From Oculina patagonica (taxonomy: Eukaryota), in NCBI RefSeq assembly GCF_052425735.1, contig NC_135761.1, positions 33,728,001-33,792,000 of the forward strand: DNA of 64,000 nt, given 5' to 3'. Positions 10,823 to 21,464 of this stretch are shown in pieces; position 1 is the stretch's first letter; every line of letters starts with the position of its first letter. The position numbers and the translations under genes are program-made. A model generated the notes under the pieces. The model ran no database searches, was not told where the DNA came from, and worked only from the letters and a program-made list of their open reading frames with translations.

Positions 10823-12949
10823 CCCGCCCTGCCGAAAGCAATTTGGTCAGTACGGCTGCACAAGTTCCATTCCCAGAATATGTGGACATTGCCTCCACAC
10901 AATTCAGGAATACAGATGACGAAATCAAGCTAAGTATTCTTTGTGAGAACTCAAAACACCCAAATGTGTGGCAAAAGTTTACTTTCCCGTCACACAACAT
11001 TGATGGTAAACAGAGAAAGGTGAACTACCAAATACTTGAAGCTACCCTGGATGAGATACTCGATCTCGAATGACTCTTGTATTGTGGTGTTTGCTGTATT
11101 TTAGCAATGAAGGTCAGGGTGATGTTTTCTGTAAAGGTAAAGGCAGAATGAGGAAAATTACAACTATTAGTCGTCACTGTCCAGAAAAGCAGCCACCATG
11201 GTGACCGTCGGGTAGGACGGGGGGAGTGAAGACACACGAAAGGAAAATTCAAAAAGTCTTATAGTTGTAAACAAAACATACCAGTTCGTTCATACTGAAG
11301 AAGATAGCAATTTCAAAGCGATACTGGAACGAGTTGCTGCCTCAAATACGGTTTTACTTGATCATCTAAAGAATGCCTCCCGAAACGCAACCTACATAAG
11401 CCCAGCAATCCAGAATGAAATCGACCTTTTGGTAAATGTTCGTAATGCTCTTGTGGAAGAGTGTAACGCAGCTCAGTGTTTTTCCTTGTTAGCAGACGAA
11501 GCAACAGACAGTGCAACTATTGAGCAAGTATCTATTTCAGTGAGGTATGTGCATCATAAAGACACTGGTGATATTCAAGTCAAGGAAGAATTCCTGGGTT
11601 TTAAAGAGGCACCTGGTCGGACAACAGCGGCTGTAATGCTGATCTCTTTTAAACTCCCTAAAAGAGTACAAAGTAAACACTAACACACTGCGGGGGCAGG
11701 GATATGATGGAGCTGCCAATATGGCAGGTACCGAAATGGGGTCCAGGCTAAAGTGAAGGAAGCCCACCCAAATGCGATATACGTTCATTGCCAATCACAC
11801 GCATTAAATCTCAGTATTGTCCACAGTTGCCAAGATAGAATTGTAAGGAACATGATGTCCACGGTACAGGAAATTGCATTTGCATTTTCTTTCTCAGCTA
11901 AGCGACAGCACCAATTTCAGGAGAAGTTAAAAGAAACACCTGAAAGTCAAGAGCAAATGGGACGACGAGCAAAGCTGCGAACACTTTGCGAGACTCGTTG
12001 GGGTGCAAGAGCTGACGCATTGTGTACTTTTAAGTCATCTTTCGATGTCATCTTAAAGGCTTTGGAGGTGCTTGACACTATACAGGACTCCAAAGCGAGA
12101 GGCTTTATAAATAGCATGCTCAAGTTTGAGTTTATAATAGCATTAATTGCTTCCGAATGGCTGCTGCAATTTATTGTGCCGTTGACCAATTATCTTCAAA
12201 CAGTTGATTTAGATTTACTTCAAGCACACGCTCAGGCCAATGTCGTTATCCAGTCACTTCGCAATGAGCGCAAGGACGAGTCCTGGAATAAGCTGCACGA
12301 AATGGCGGTATCTCTTGCAGTGAAGCATGATGTCGCAGTGTGTAAACCCAGACTAGCTGGTCGGCAGTTATTTCGAGAAAACGTTCCAGCAGATTCAGTC
12401 AGTGAATACTACAAGCTAGCGATGTATTATCCGTTCCTTGACCATTTAATATCGGAACTTGATTCCCGCCTTATCAAACCAAGTCCACTATTCAAAGTAA
12501 CAAATCTTTTGCCGAAAAATGTTGGCAACTGGTCTCCAGCTGAGATCAGTGCTAAAGAAATTTTGGACGCGTATGATCCCGATATTCCAGAAGATATTCA
12601 ACAGTTGCACGAGAGTGAATGCCTGCGGTGGAAATTGCGCTGGGACAAGGTGGACAATCCTCCAGCCACCATTGTTGAAACGCTTCCTCACTGTCGACCA
12701 CAAGAATTTCCAAATTTATCGAGGGCATTCACGGCACTTCTTACTCTGCCGATAACTACAGCCACTGCAGAGAGGTCTTTCAGTGCGTTGAGAAGACTTA
12801 AAACCTACTTGAGGTCAACGATGAAGGAAGATCGCCTGAGTGGACTTGCACTTATGCATATCCATAAACACGATGTGTCATTGAATGCTGAAGACATCGT
12901 TGATGATTTTGCGGCCTCTGGAAACAGGAGGATTGAGCTCCTTTTTTAG
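10823..12949 (+). CDS. hAT transposase (ZMYM1/P52rIPK-like: TTF zinc finger, DUF4371 core, C-terminal dimerisation domain); 5' half frameshifted
   Basis: Acceptor ctttcatttcccctgctttcAG at 10821-22; YPWMRYS...YCGVCCI; FSLLADEATD..EQVSISVRYV; GQGYDGAANM; YVHCQSHALNL; CETRW; TATAERSFSALRRLKTYLRSTM..RLSGLALM; 398-aa stretch 11753-12949 uninterrupted; AATAAA at 13060. Confidence 0.93.
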
Positions 12950-13284
12950 CTATTAGCTAGATTACTTTAGTGATAGGTTGACTTGTAACAGTGTATCGTT
13001 GGAGGAAGTCACTTTTAGTTGGTATTGAGTTCTATAGCTCAAACAAACAACAAAGAAACAATAAAATCATTTTTGAGGGTCTCTGCATAACAAACCTTCC
13101 GGCGAAGCATTTTACTGGGTCCCCTTAAACGCGGCCTTTATAATTTAGAGATCAGGCCTACAACAAGTTGAAAACCTGGCTACGCCCCTGGCCATCAATC
13201 AGTGTAAGGTCATGTATTTCTCTTACCACACATTAAGGACTTATTAAGACGAGATTTTTTTGAACTTCGAGCAACGCGCGGCCA

Positions 13285-13451
13285 AAATTCCCATGATGCC
13301 ATTCGTCACTCGTCGGCATTCACGTGTGTTTCGCGTCCGGAGGAATGGAGAGTTCGCTTTTCTCCTTTCTCTTCGCTTTTTACCCATCTGAACGAACGGA
13401 TATGAAGCAATTACTTTGGTAGAAGAAACTCCAAGTATGTAAACTGATATT
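13285..13451. repeat. 167-bp exact direct repeat, copy 1
   Basis: aaattcccatgatgcc...gtaaactgatatt identical to 15341-15507. Confidence 0.9.
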
Positions 13452-15340
13452 TGGCCCCGATAGAAATTAGATAAAGGACTATAAAACGTCGTGATATGCA
13501 TTTAACGCGGTCTGTTCTTGGAGAAGTGTGACTGATCCGGCCGGTCAACTTTCAATAACAGCATGGAGAATCCAGTAATAAAAGGTACATGTAATATTTT
13601 ACCTGTAAAAGTAATTAGTTCTTTCGTTTAGAAACAACCCTTCCTAACACAGAAATCCATTTGAAGGAACAGTTTGAAGCACCGATTGCAATATTACGGG
13701 AATATTATGACAGAGGAATATTTTTAGTGCAGTGTAGATTTTTTTCGCTACCATACTCATTCCCTTGTGATATCCTCGATCCTTGAGGGAAATTGCGATT
13801 CTACCCTGCATTTTTATGAACTTTATTTATAAGAACATTGTTAGAATAGAGGTTTAGCCTTAAATGGTTCTGTTTCACCTTTAGAATTCTTGAACACAAG
13901 CACAATAGCATTCTTGGGATTCCCATGGATTTGTTGATCACAAATCGATCCCCGCGTGCGAAATAATATTATTTATATTTCTTTTCAGAGAATATTCTCT
14001 TAAAACCTTGTTGTACTGAGGATTACCCACCTAAGGCAATTTATTTTATACATATTACACTCGATACTAACATTCTTCAAGTCAAATATATTTGAACCGG
14101 TTTTTTTTCTTCAACTCAAACTTGTAGGCTAACGCAATGTCAACAATAAAACATTGGCCGTTCAACAAGGATCAGCTTTCTTCTGGTAAGTACTGAGTTA
14201 ATGAACATACTGTCATTTCGAACTTCATATATAGTGATTTTACTTTTACGACATAATGTTCTTGGAACTGTGACTTTTGCTCAGCAATTACGCTTCTTTC
14301 GCAACGGAAATAATTGCCTCTAAATTGAATAATGAAGCAACGTGTTCAACGCTTCATCCTTGATTATTTGCGTTGTGTACCAGACAGTTATCATTACAAA
14401 TCAGTCCTTTAAAGAATAAGCTTGCTAGTGCTGTTTAAGTTGATATGATTTCGTTTTGAACCGGTTATACGATTGCAATTTGAAAATGCGCGAGCTTGGT
14501 TTGTTTATATTGAAATTCGATAGCTGCTACGATCGAAAAATTCTTTCACGTGCCAAGATTCTTTTTCGACGCGTCGATGCCAAGCTGAAAATATTTCGCT
14601 TGCACGCTTTGTATTTGGACGTCGATATTTTATGGTTTTGTGAAACCGTTATGGCCAGGTCACATCATTTCCATTCTTTATCAGAAATATAAAGCTATTT
14701 CATTTTAAACACTGTTACTGAGTACTTGTCCACTTGGAATGACAACTTAATCGATCTGTCGGTTTTGTAAATGCCATTTATTTGCGGTTTCTTATAGGTC
14801 AGTATTTGTTTGGGTTTGAGGTAAAACTTTCCTTTGATCAGAAATTCTTTTTCCTTGTTTTAAACATCAAAATTCCCGCCTTTTTTCCTGAGCTGGTGAC
14901 CGTCACGGAAAGCGCGGCAAAGTTGGCGCGCAGTGCGACGCAAGCCATCCGGCTTTTGCTATTGTTGTGTCGCCAACATGTCTGCAAAACGGCCGAAGTT
15001 CCCACTCAGGTAGTATAGAATTTGCAAGCGTTTCATTTGGAGTACTACAGTTTATCGTATTTCTTAAGTTAAACCATAAAAAATACTAATTTCACTTAAA
15101 TGCTGTGACATTATAGTGCCAATGCAATAATGCTTAAGCGCCGAAAAATGCAGACGGGAAGTTACAAGGTGCAAGGTGTTGTTTTTCCGGAAAAAGTAGA
15201 GAGGTATTTTTTTTTTCAAATCTGAATTTCATCCTAATCAATCAAATCTTGCAAGAAGAGAATTTAAGTTTTCTTTTCCTACAATTGCATTATATTTCAG
15301 AACCCCCGAAGAGATCGAAAAACAACAGGAAGAGGAATTG

Positions 15341-15507
15341 AAATTCCCATGATGCCATTCGTCACTCGTCGGCATTCACGTGTGTTTCGCGTCCGGAGGA
15401 ATGGAGAGTTCGCTTTTCTCCTTTCTCTTCGCTTTTTACCCATCTGAACGAACGGATATGAAGCAATTACTTTGGTAGAAGAAACTCCAAGTATGTAAAC
15501 TGATATT
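15341..15507. repeat. 167-bp exact direct repeat, copy 2
   Basis: Identical to 13285-13451. Confidence 0.9.
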
Positions 15508-15556
15508 AACTTCATAACAAGCATTTTTACTTGAAAGGTATCCATTTAAATGCAGA

Positions 15557-15744
15557 TTTCTCCTGCCTTCTCATACCCTTGAGTGCTCTTCTGTAGTGAA
15601 TCACTGCATGATAAAGGGATGTGGTGATATTGTGCAGCGAGGATCAGAGCAAGAGCACATTGCTCAAAATCTGCCCAGTCACTTTCGTCTTCTCCAAGAT
15701 GACAGAGAAGCCATTCTCTGGAAGGAGAGAAGGCCAGTGCTGCG
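15557..15744 (+). pseudogene. Possible TRAF-type zinc-finger exon fragment
   Basis: CMIKGCGDIVQRGSEQEHIAQNLPSHFRLLQ, bounded by AG and GTGAGT. Confidence 0.3.
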
Positions 15745-17946
15745 GTGAGTTAAACTGTAGCAAATATGTTAAGTGAACTCCTGATTATCTTCTTTATCCC
15801 AAAATGTGTATTCACACAAATAACTTTATTAATTTGTCAGCCCTTTTCTTATTTATTGTAAACAGGCATGGTTAAATGTTGAGCATCATAAGACAGGGAA
15901 GGCAGGAACCTTTTCTTGGTCAGTTCTAGCCGCTGCCAACACAGGACAAGCATACTGTTCTCCCCAGATGGAAAAGTGGGGAAGGAGATGGAAGCTATTT
16001 TTTGCAAAGAGGGGAGAAAGTGTCGAGATTGGCCTAGAATACTCTCAGGGAGTCTCCCCAGTACACTTAAATCTGAGGTGAGCAAAAATATCAAATGACA
16101 AAAAAACATAAAAGTTTGTTGCAGTTAAGATTTCCATTGATTAGAGAATCACTGATTAATATTAATCAATCTGTCAGATTTTTGGCTCAAACTGTTCAAA
16201 AATTATTGGTAGACAACTGTACCTATGGAAAACATAATCTGTGAACATCTAAAAGAAGTTATAACGTTAATCTCTGGATAGAAATTAAATATCGGCTTAT
16301 AAATAATTTGGAGGGCCACAAGTTATGAAACAAACACTGAAATCTTTAAATCTTTATGGAGACATCAATCATGTTTGTTCAAAAGTAAAATTTATGTTTC
16401 GATGTTTCGTTTTTTCAAGGATAAGATCGTAACGTAGTGTTAAACAACTTAAGAATTATTTGCCCCGGGTGAGGATTTCTGTTTGTTGACACTTTCCACT
16501 TTCGTTCAAAGATATCTCACGCATGTCTTGTTACCTCATAAAGTAATAGGGATTAATAGCTTAATGAGAACTTATCCGACTTCATTCGATAAACCACGTG
16601 ACCGCCGAGAAAGCAGCAATTTGTTTTTGTTATTTCCACATAAAAGATATCGATTTATTTCATTTTTCTAAAGAAAAAGAGAACCATGTGCGTGTAAATG
16701 AGAGTAATTTTGCTTTATGCAGCTTACCTTATAAACCTAATTTCAACTTCTGAAGCGATGTCCCTCTGTTTCAATTGCTGGACTTCACGATCGGTCTGCG
16801 AAATACATTCTCCACTTCCGCACCTGAACAGCATCAAGTTTGGCGAAGATGTCCTATTCAAGATTAACTCACAGATAAATGTAGAGCTCGATTTGCTTTT
16901 CCGTTTCTTCAAACGTTGAAAAATAAACTAGAACTACTTCTATAAAAGCCACAAATTTTCAGTCACACTGAGTTAAGTGTGCCAGTGACCGTAGAGATCT
17001 GAGGCGAGTGACGTAACGGGGACACCATATCGAGACTTCTTTCAAAAAAGCGCGCGCTGTTTCAGCTGAGGGTTTGTCCTGAGTAAGCATTTGTCTGACA
17101 AGTAGTGACCGTTTGGTTTAACAACGTTTGGTTTAACAACGAAGTATAAGGTAAAGTTTTGCTCGGTTTTTACTTAAATCACCAGATTTTTGACCTCACT
17201 GTCTAAATTTCTGGTGCTCTGTTGAAATTGGAGCGTGTAGGGGTAGAAATATGGAACTAAAATATGGGCTAGTTGTTTCCTATAGAGCGCGGCACCACTA
17301 AAAGTAACTAAAGCCAAAATATAGGTAACGGTTTCACTAGAAACTGTGTGGCCGTTCGATACAAACTTTATACCAGTAGGCTGGTAAAAGGAACGGGGCA
17401 AAGTTTGCCTTAACACTTTACAACACTTTTTATAGAACTGTGGTTGAATTATATATCTCTTATTGGCATACCTAACTGCGGTGTTAATTGTTGTCAATTT
17501 TTTCAACAGATCAATAAACTAAGCTTATAAAATGCAGACTGAAGACGCAAGTGCAAGTCGACAAGTCGGAGAGGGAAATGATACAGGTAGCTATAAAGTA
17601 TTGTGATGAGATATTTCATTGGGTTGTTTTCAGAAATTTTCCATTTTTTCTCCACAGAAGGAATGGGAATCTAAACAACATTTTTTATAAAACTGTTATG
17701 TATTTCCATAAACCCTTAAATTGTTGTATAGTTTATAGTCTTGTTCCAGAAACTTTCCCTATGTCATCTACATAAGGGATTGAAGGCTTTTAAAAATATA
17801 TGGAAGAGAAGAGAATTCACTACAGTGCCAGTAATATACATCATTCACAAATAAAATATAAGAAATTTATTAAGTCAGAAGTACTTTTTTCTTAAGTTGA
17901 GTCTAGCACTTAAACCGTGACATACACACAAGCTATCTTTTAAAGT

Positions 17947-18319
17947 AACTCACAGTTTAAACAAACTTTGTGTCTTGCAGCAGGTCTAGAGGCAGGCAAT
18001 CAGTCTGAGCTCATGGAAAAAGTGAAAGGTAATTGCCTGTTTTTTTTTTCTTTCACAAAAATGCGATCAGCAAACTAGTAAGGATATCGTTGTTACCAGA
18101 ATGATATGTTGATAAAAGAATTTGTGAAATTATTTTGCATTACTTAACAAAATATTTCAAGCAGGAATATGCATGTCAAAATCGGAGAAACAGTATCAGA
18201 CACATATATTGTGTAGTTCCAAAAAAAAATCATACTTCTAAAGAAACTCACAGTTTAAACAAACTTTGTGTCTTGCAGCAGGTCTAGAGGCAGGCAATCA
18301 GTCTGAGCTCATGGAAAAA
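17947..18319 (+). repeat. Duplicated 75-bp acceptor+exon block (17947-18021 and 18245-18319)
   Basis: aactcacagtttaaac...tgcAG caggtctagaggcagg...atggaaaaa occurs twice; in frame with an upstream ATG exon at 17532-17586. Confidence 0.8.
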
Positions 18320-18372
18320 CCATCACAGTCTTATTCAAACGTTTAAAGATCCTTCAACTTAATTTAAGAAAA

Positions 18373-19032
18373 ATGGCGCAACGAGAAAGCCAACGATTAA
18401 GAGGTTTGGAAGCAGAAGTGGAAGCTTTCCAAGAACGATGCTTTTTTTGCCTGGCGGACATAACACTGAGAAGCTTGACAAGTCCCACCGTTCGTCAACT
18501 TCACTGCTGTGAAAAATTTGTGCACACGAGGTGCCAGAATCGTTGGCAGGAAACATCTACCACCTGCGCACACTGCACACGCGTTATTCGTCAGCCCGCA
18601 GCCCAGATTTGGAACCTTCCAGAAGACATTCTCAATACTCCACATAGAGAAGTAGCCAGGGAGGCGATAAATCTATACCAAAGAAGCGAAACGGCCTACA
18701 GAAATCGCGTCACCCCTGAAGTAAGTATCCATGCGTTTAAAATATGACTCGTACTTAAGTTTGTACTAAAAGTTATGTTTGTTGTTTTTCAGTTTCCTTT
18801 CTTCGTCAATCCAACAACCTGGTTCGATTTGTGGGAAGCCCTGGACGCATACTTATCGTTCCACGCAACAGACCTGCCTTTGATCATCAGTGGCCAAGTA
18901 TTCTCGGACGAGTCGCTTCATTTTGTTCACCGGTTTCGACTGGAAAGCATGGTAGGTAAAGGTGGACCATTCAATACCTATTTCCATACACATGTACGCG
19001 TCACGAACGCAAACGCTTTCGCTATTTTGTAA
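18373..19032 (+). CDS. Two-exon RING-finger protein (putative E3 ligase), probably Polinton-borne
   Basis: CFFC..CCEKFVHTRCQNRW..CAHC RING pattern; phase-0 intron GTAAGT(18721)..ttttcAG(18792) joins ORF 18373 to ORF 18775 (~195 aa). Confidence 0.7.
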
Positions 19033-19384
19033 ATAGGGAATTGGGAACAACAGTGACAATCTTGGATCTTCGTTGCGACGATGAATAATTTTTTATTTTT
19101 TGTTTTGTCTTGTATATATTTGTTGCCTAACATACATACATCAGCTCGCACACACAGTGACTCCATACTAACTTTACCTCCCAAATAGCACACACTCGAA
19201 TTTGTAAACTGTTTTTTTTTATTTTGAGTAAGTCGGGCACGGATCACTAAGATCACGTACACGTCCCGCAGTTGTGTATTTAGGATAATTGTTGTAGAAT
19301 ATAATAGTTTAAAACTTATTTCTGTTGTCTGTCGTGAAACTGAGCGAGTGTGTTACATAGTTTTTACCATTCACGATTGGTTGT

Positions 19385-19569
19385 CCTGCTTGCTCCCCTC
19401 CTTTTTTTAAAAAAAGCGGGCGCCCCCCACTCTTTGCGTGTTTTTTCAACCTCGCGCCATGTTTTTAAGCAAATTTCTGAATACTGCAATCTGATTGGTC
19501 CATTCAAATTTTAAATGATATGTTCTCATTCCTGATTGGTTATCAGCTCGTTGAGCGTGCTCTACTACT
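19385..19569. mobile_element. Probable Polinton/Maverick terminal inverted repeat (one end)
   Basis: Ends CTCTACTACT (= 5'-AGTAGTAGAG on the minus strand) with tandem CCAATCAG boxes inside; array-repeat sequence resumes at ~19575. Confidence 0.55.
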
Positions 19570-20852
19570 AATGGTATAAGCCAATTTTACTCATAATATT
19601 CAGATTTATTTGTGTTAAACAGAGTAATACAGAGTACATCTGCTTTGAGGGTATCTTCTTACAAGAACTTTTCGCTACAATATCAACTTTGCAATGGCAA
19701 GCGTATGAATAAACAGGGAAATTCCTTAATTACCACTTTGATAAAAGTACCGAACGGAAGGACCTTTAAATGAGTTATGCAATGTTGAAACTCAGAAAAT
19801 ACTGAAACACAGCAGTACACATTGGTTGTCCCTGATGAAATGGATGCACAGAATTTTGAGGCAATGCAAGGCCTTACAATATTTGATAGAAAAGAAAAAC
19901 GGCAAAAAACAATTGGAATTTACGACCCCATGACAAAAGTAAAACATGCTGTTCTTACAGTGTCTTTTCAATATTTGATGCTTTTACAGTTCTCTTAGAA
20001 TGATTCACAGAGTTGGTGTCTGTTAAACAAAGTTGACAAAGTTATCGGGAAGGTTTATTGACCATCAGGTTGTCTGTGAGGCAGACTCGATTTTGACACA
20101 GAATACACAGATCCCACAATTCAGACACAAACTGCAAGAAACCAGGTAGTCTATTTACAGTGAAGATCTTTAAGGGACACCTGGGATACAAACGTTCTAT
20201 CAAAAGGTTTGTAGCTTCTTTTTTACAGCTTTTGACTTCGTAAAAATAACTTTCTTTGCAACTATGCAGTGGATGCAGTCATGGTGATTCAACAGACTAT
20301 ATGATTGATTTTTTGACCTCCATTTGAGATTTCTTTGTTTTTAAAATTGATTTAAAACCCTATGTTCCAAGAGCCCTTTGTTTTTTGTGTTCTTCAAAAG
20401 CAACATCCCTTCTCCCTGGAGCTGCTGAACAATGAGAGACAAGGAAGTTCTAAGGAAAACATTTTTTCCTTGAGCTCTTTGAAACTGTGACTGCATATTA
20501 CAAAACGAAATTGAGAAAGGCGGAATTGGAAATTGAACTCCTAAAAGAACAGGCGTGAAGGTATGAATCCTCAGTAAAACATTTTAAAGAAAATATATGT
20601 ACCAAACTCTGAGGCAGACCCCTAAGACCAAATCCAGTTCTGGACATTACATACTTCTTTGTCTTTACTAGAAGCTTAAAATAAAAGAAACAGTATATTA
20701 ATTGGACCTGTGACTTTGATCAGTGGTGAACACTTGTACCGTATAACTCCAAAATGTAATAGTACAACAATTCAGTAATCACTGTTTCTATTTCAATTAG
20801 CAATACCGGCCATAGTAGCTATCCAAGGACTTTTCTCCAACTTTTTCGGTAA

Positions 20853-21065
20853 ATGGTGTATCTAATCAAAAGTGCGATGGACATTAACGCGACTGTATTT
20901 TGGTCAAGTGACCTCTTAATTTGTACCGCCTGTTACAAAAAGCTCCTTCGATTTGAGAAGATTTCAAAAAACCTCTGTTGTCTGGAAAGCAAATTCAAAG
21001 AAAATTACGAAAAGGGAGGCCTAAGGAGCAAGAGATTGCAGAAGGATTTGGAATTAACAGAATAA
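20853..21065 (+). pseudogene. Zinc-finger (ZAD-like) fragment, TE-derived
   Basis: LICTACYKKLLRFEK followed by a coiled-coil-like stretch. Confidence 0.35.
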
Positions 21066-21219
21066 AGTCTCGCCGAATCCACTGAAATTCAACGACTGTG
21101 ACATGTGCTCGGTGCGGTAGTGCTGCCACAAAATCGTTGACATTCCCTACAACTTGTACTTCTTCTTTTGGGCTGGAGCTAGTTCCTTAACAGCTTCTAC
21201 TACTTCTGGGGATGCTACT

Positions 21220-21350
21220 GCCAGCCCAAAGGAAATTGTGGAACAGATAACCAGTCTGCTAAGCGATAAAGGGATACCTCAGCGCCTTTTTGCCAAAAAG
21301 GTGACAAACAGATCCCAAGGAACGTTTTCGGATTATTTATCGAAGGCCCC
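21220..21350 (+). pseudogene. CUT DNA-binding domain fragment
   Basis: PKEIVEQITSLLSDKGIPQRLFAKKVTNRSQGTFSDYL matches the CUT consensus (..IPQ..FA..V..RSQGT.SD.L). Confidence 0.75.
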
Positions 21351-21464
21351 CATAGAGAGGCCTAAAACTTGGAAAGCCAGGAACAATAGCAAGAGTTAAT
21401 GGAGATGAAGAAAAGTAAATGTTATTTAAGGTCATTATTGTTACTTCATAATCAGATATATAAT

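Larger units (their letters stand above)
8381..13190 (+). mobile_element. Full-length hAT DNA transposon (hAT5-like, 5-bp TSD), 4,810 bp
   Basis: Perfect 15-bp TIRs CAGGGGCGTAGCCAG (8381-8395) and CTGGCTACGCCCCTG (13176-13190); GCCAT on both flanks; subterminal AGGCCC/GGCCTACAA motifs; encodes a hAT transposase. Confidence 0.95.

Noticed and set aside
11025-12755. Minus-strand and alternative-frame ORFs overlapping the transposase (and similar shadows elsewhere)
   Set aside because: No motifs; explained as shadows of the + strand coding sequence
13285-15507. LTR retrotransposon/TRIM
   Set aside because: No TG..CA ends, PBS, PPT or TSD seen
17100-17142. AGTAGT as the partner Polinton TIR
   Set aside because: The following sequence does not match the reverse complement of 19385-19569; it is only a 15-bp tandem duplication
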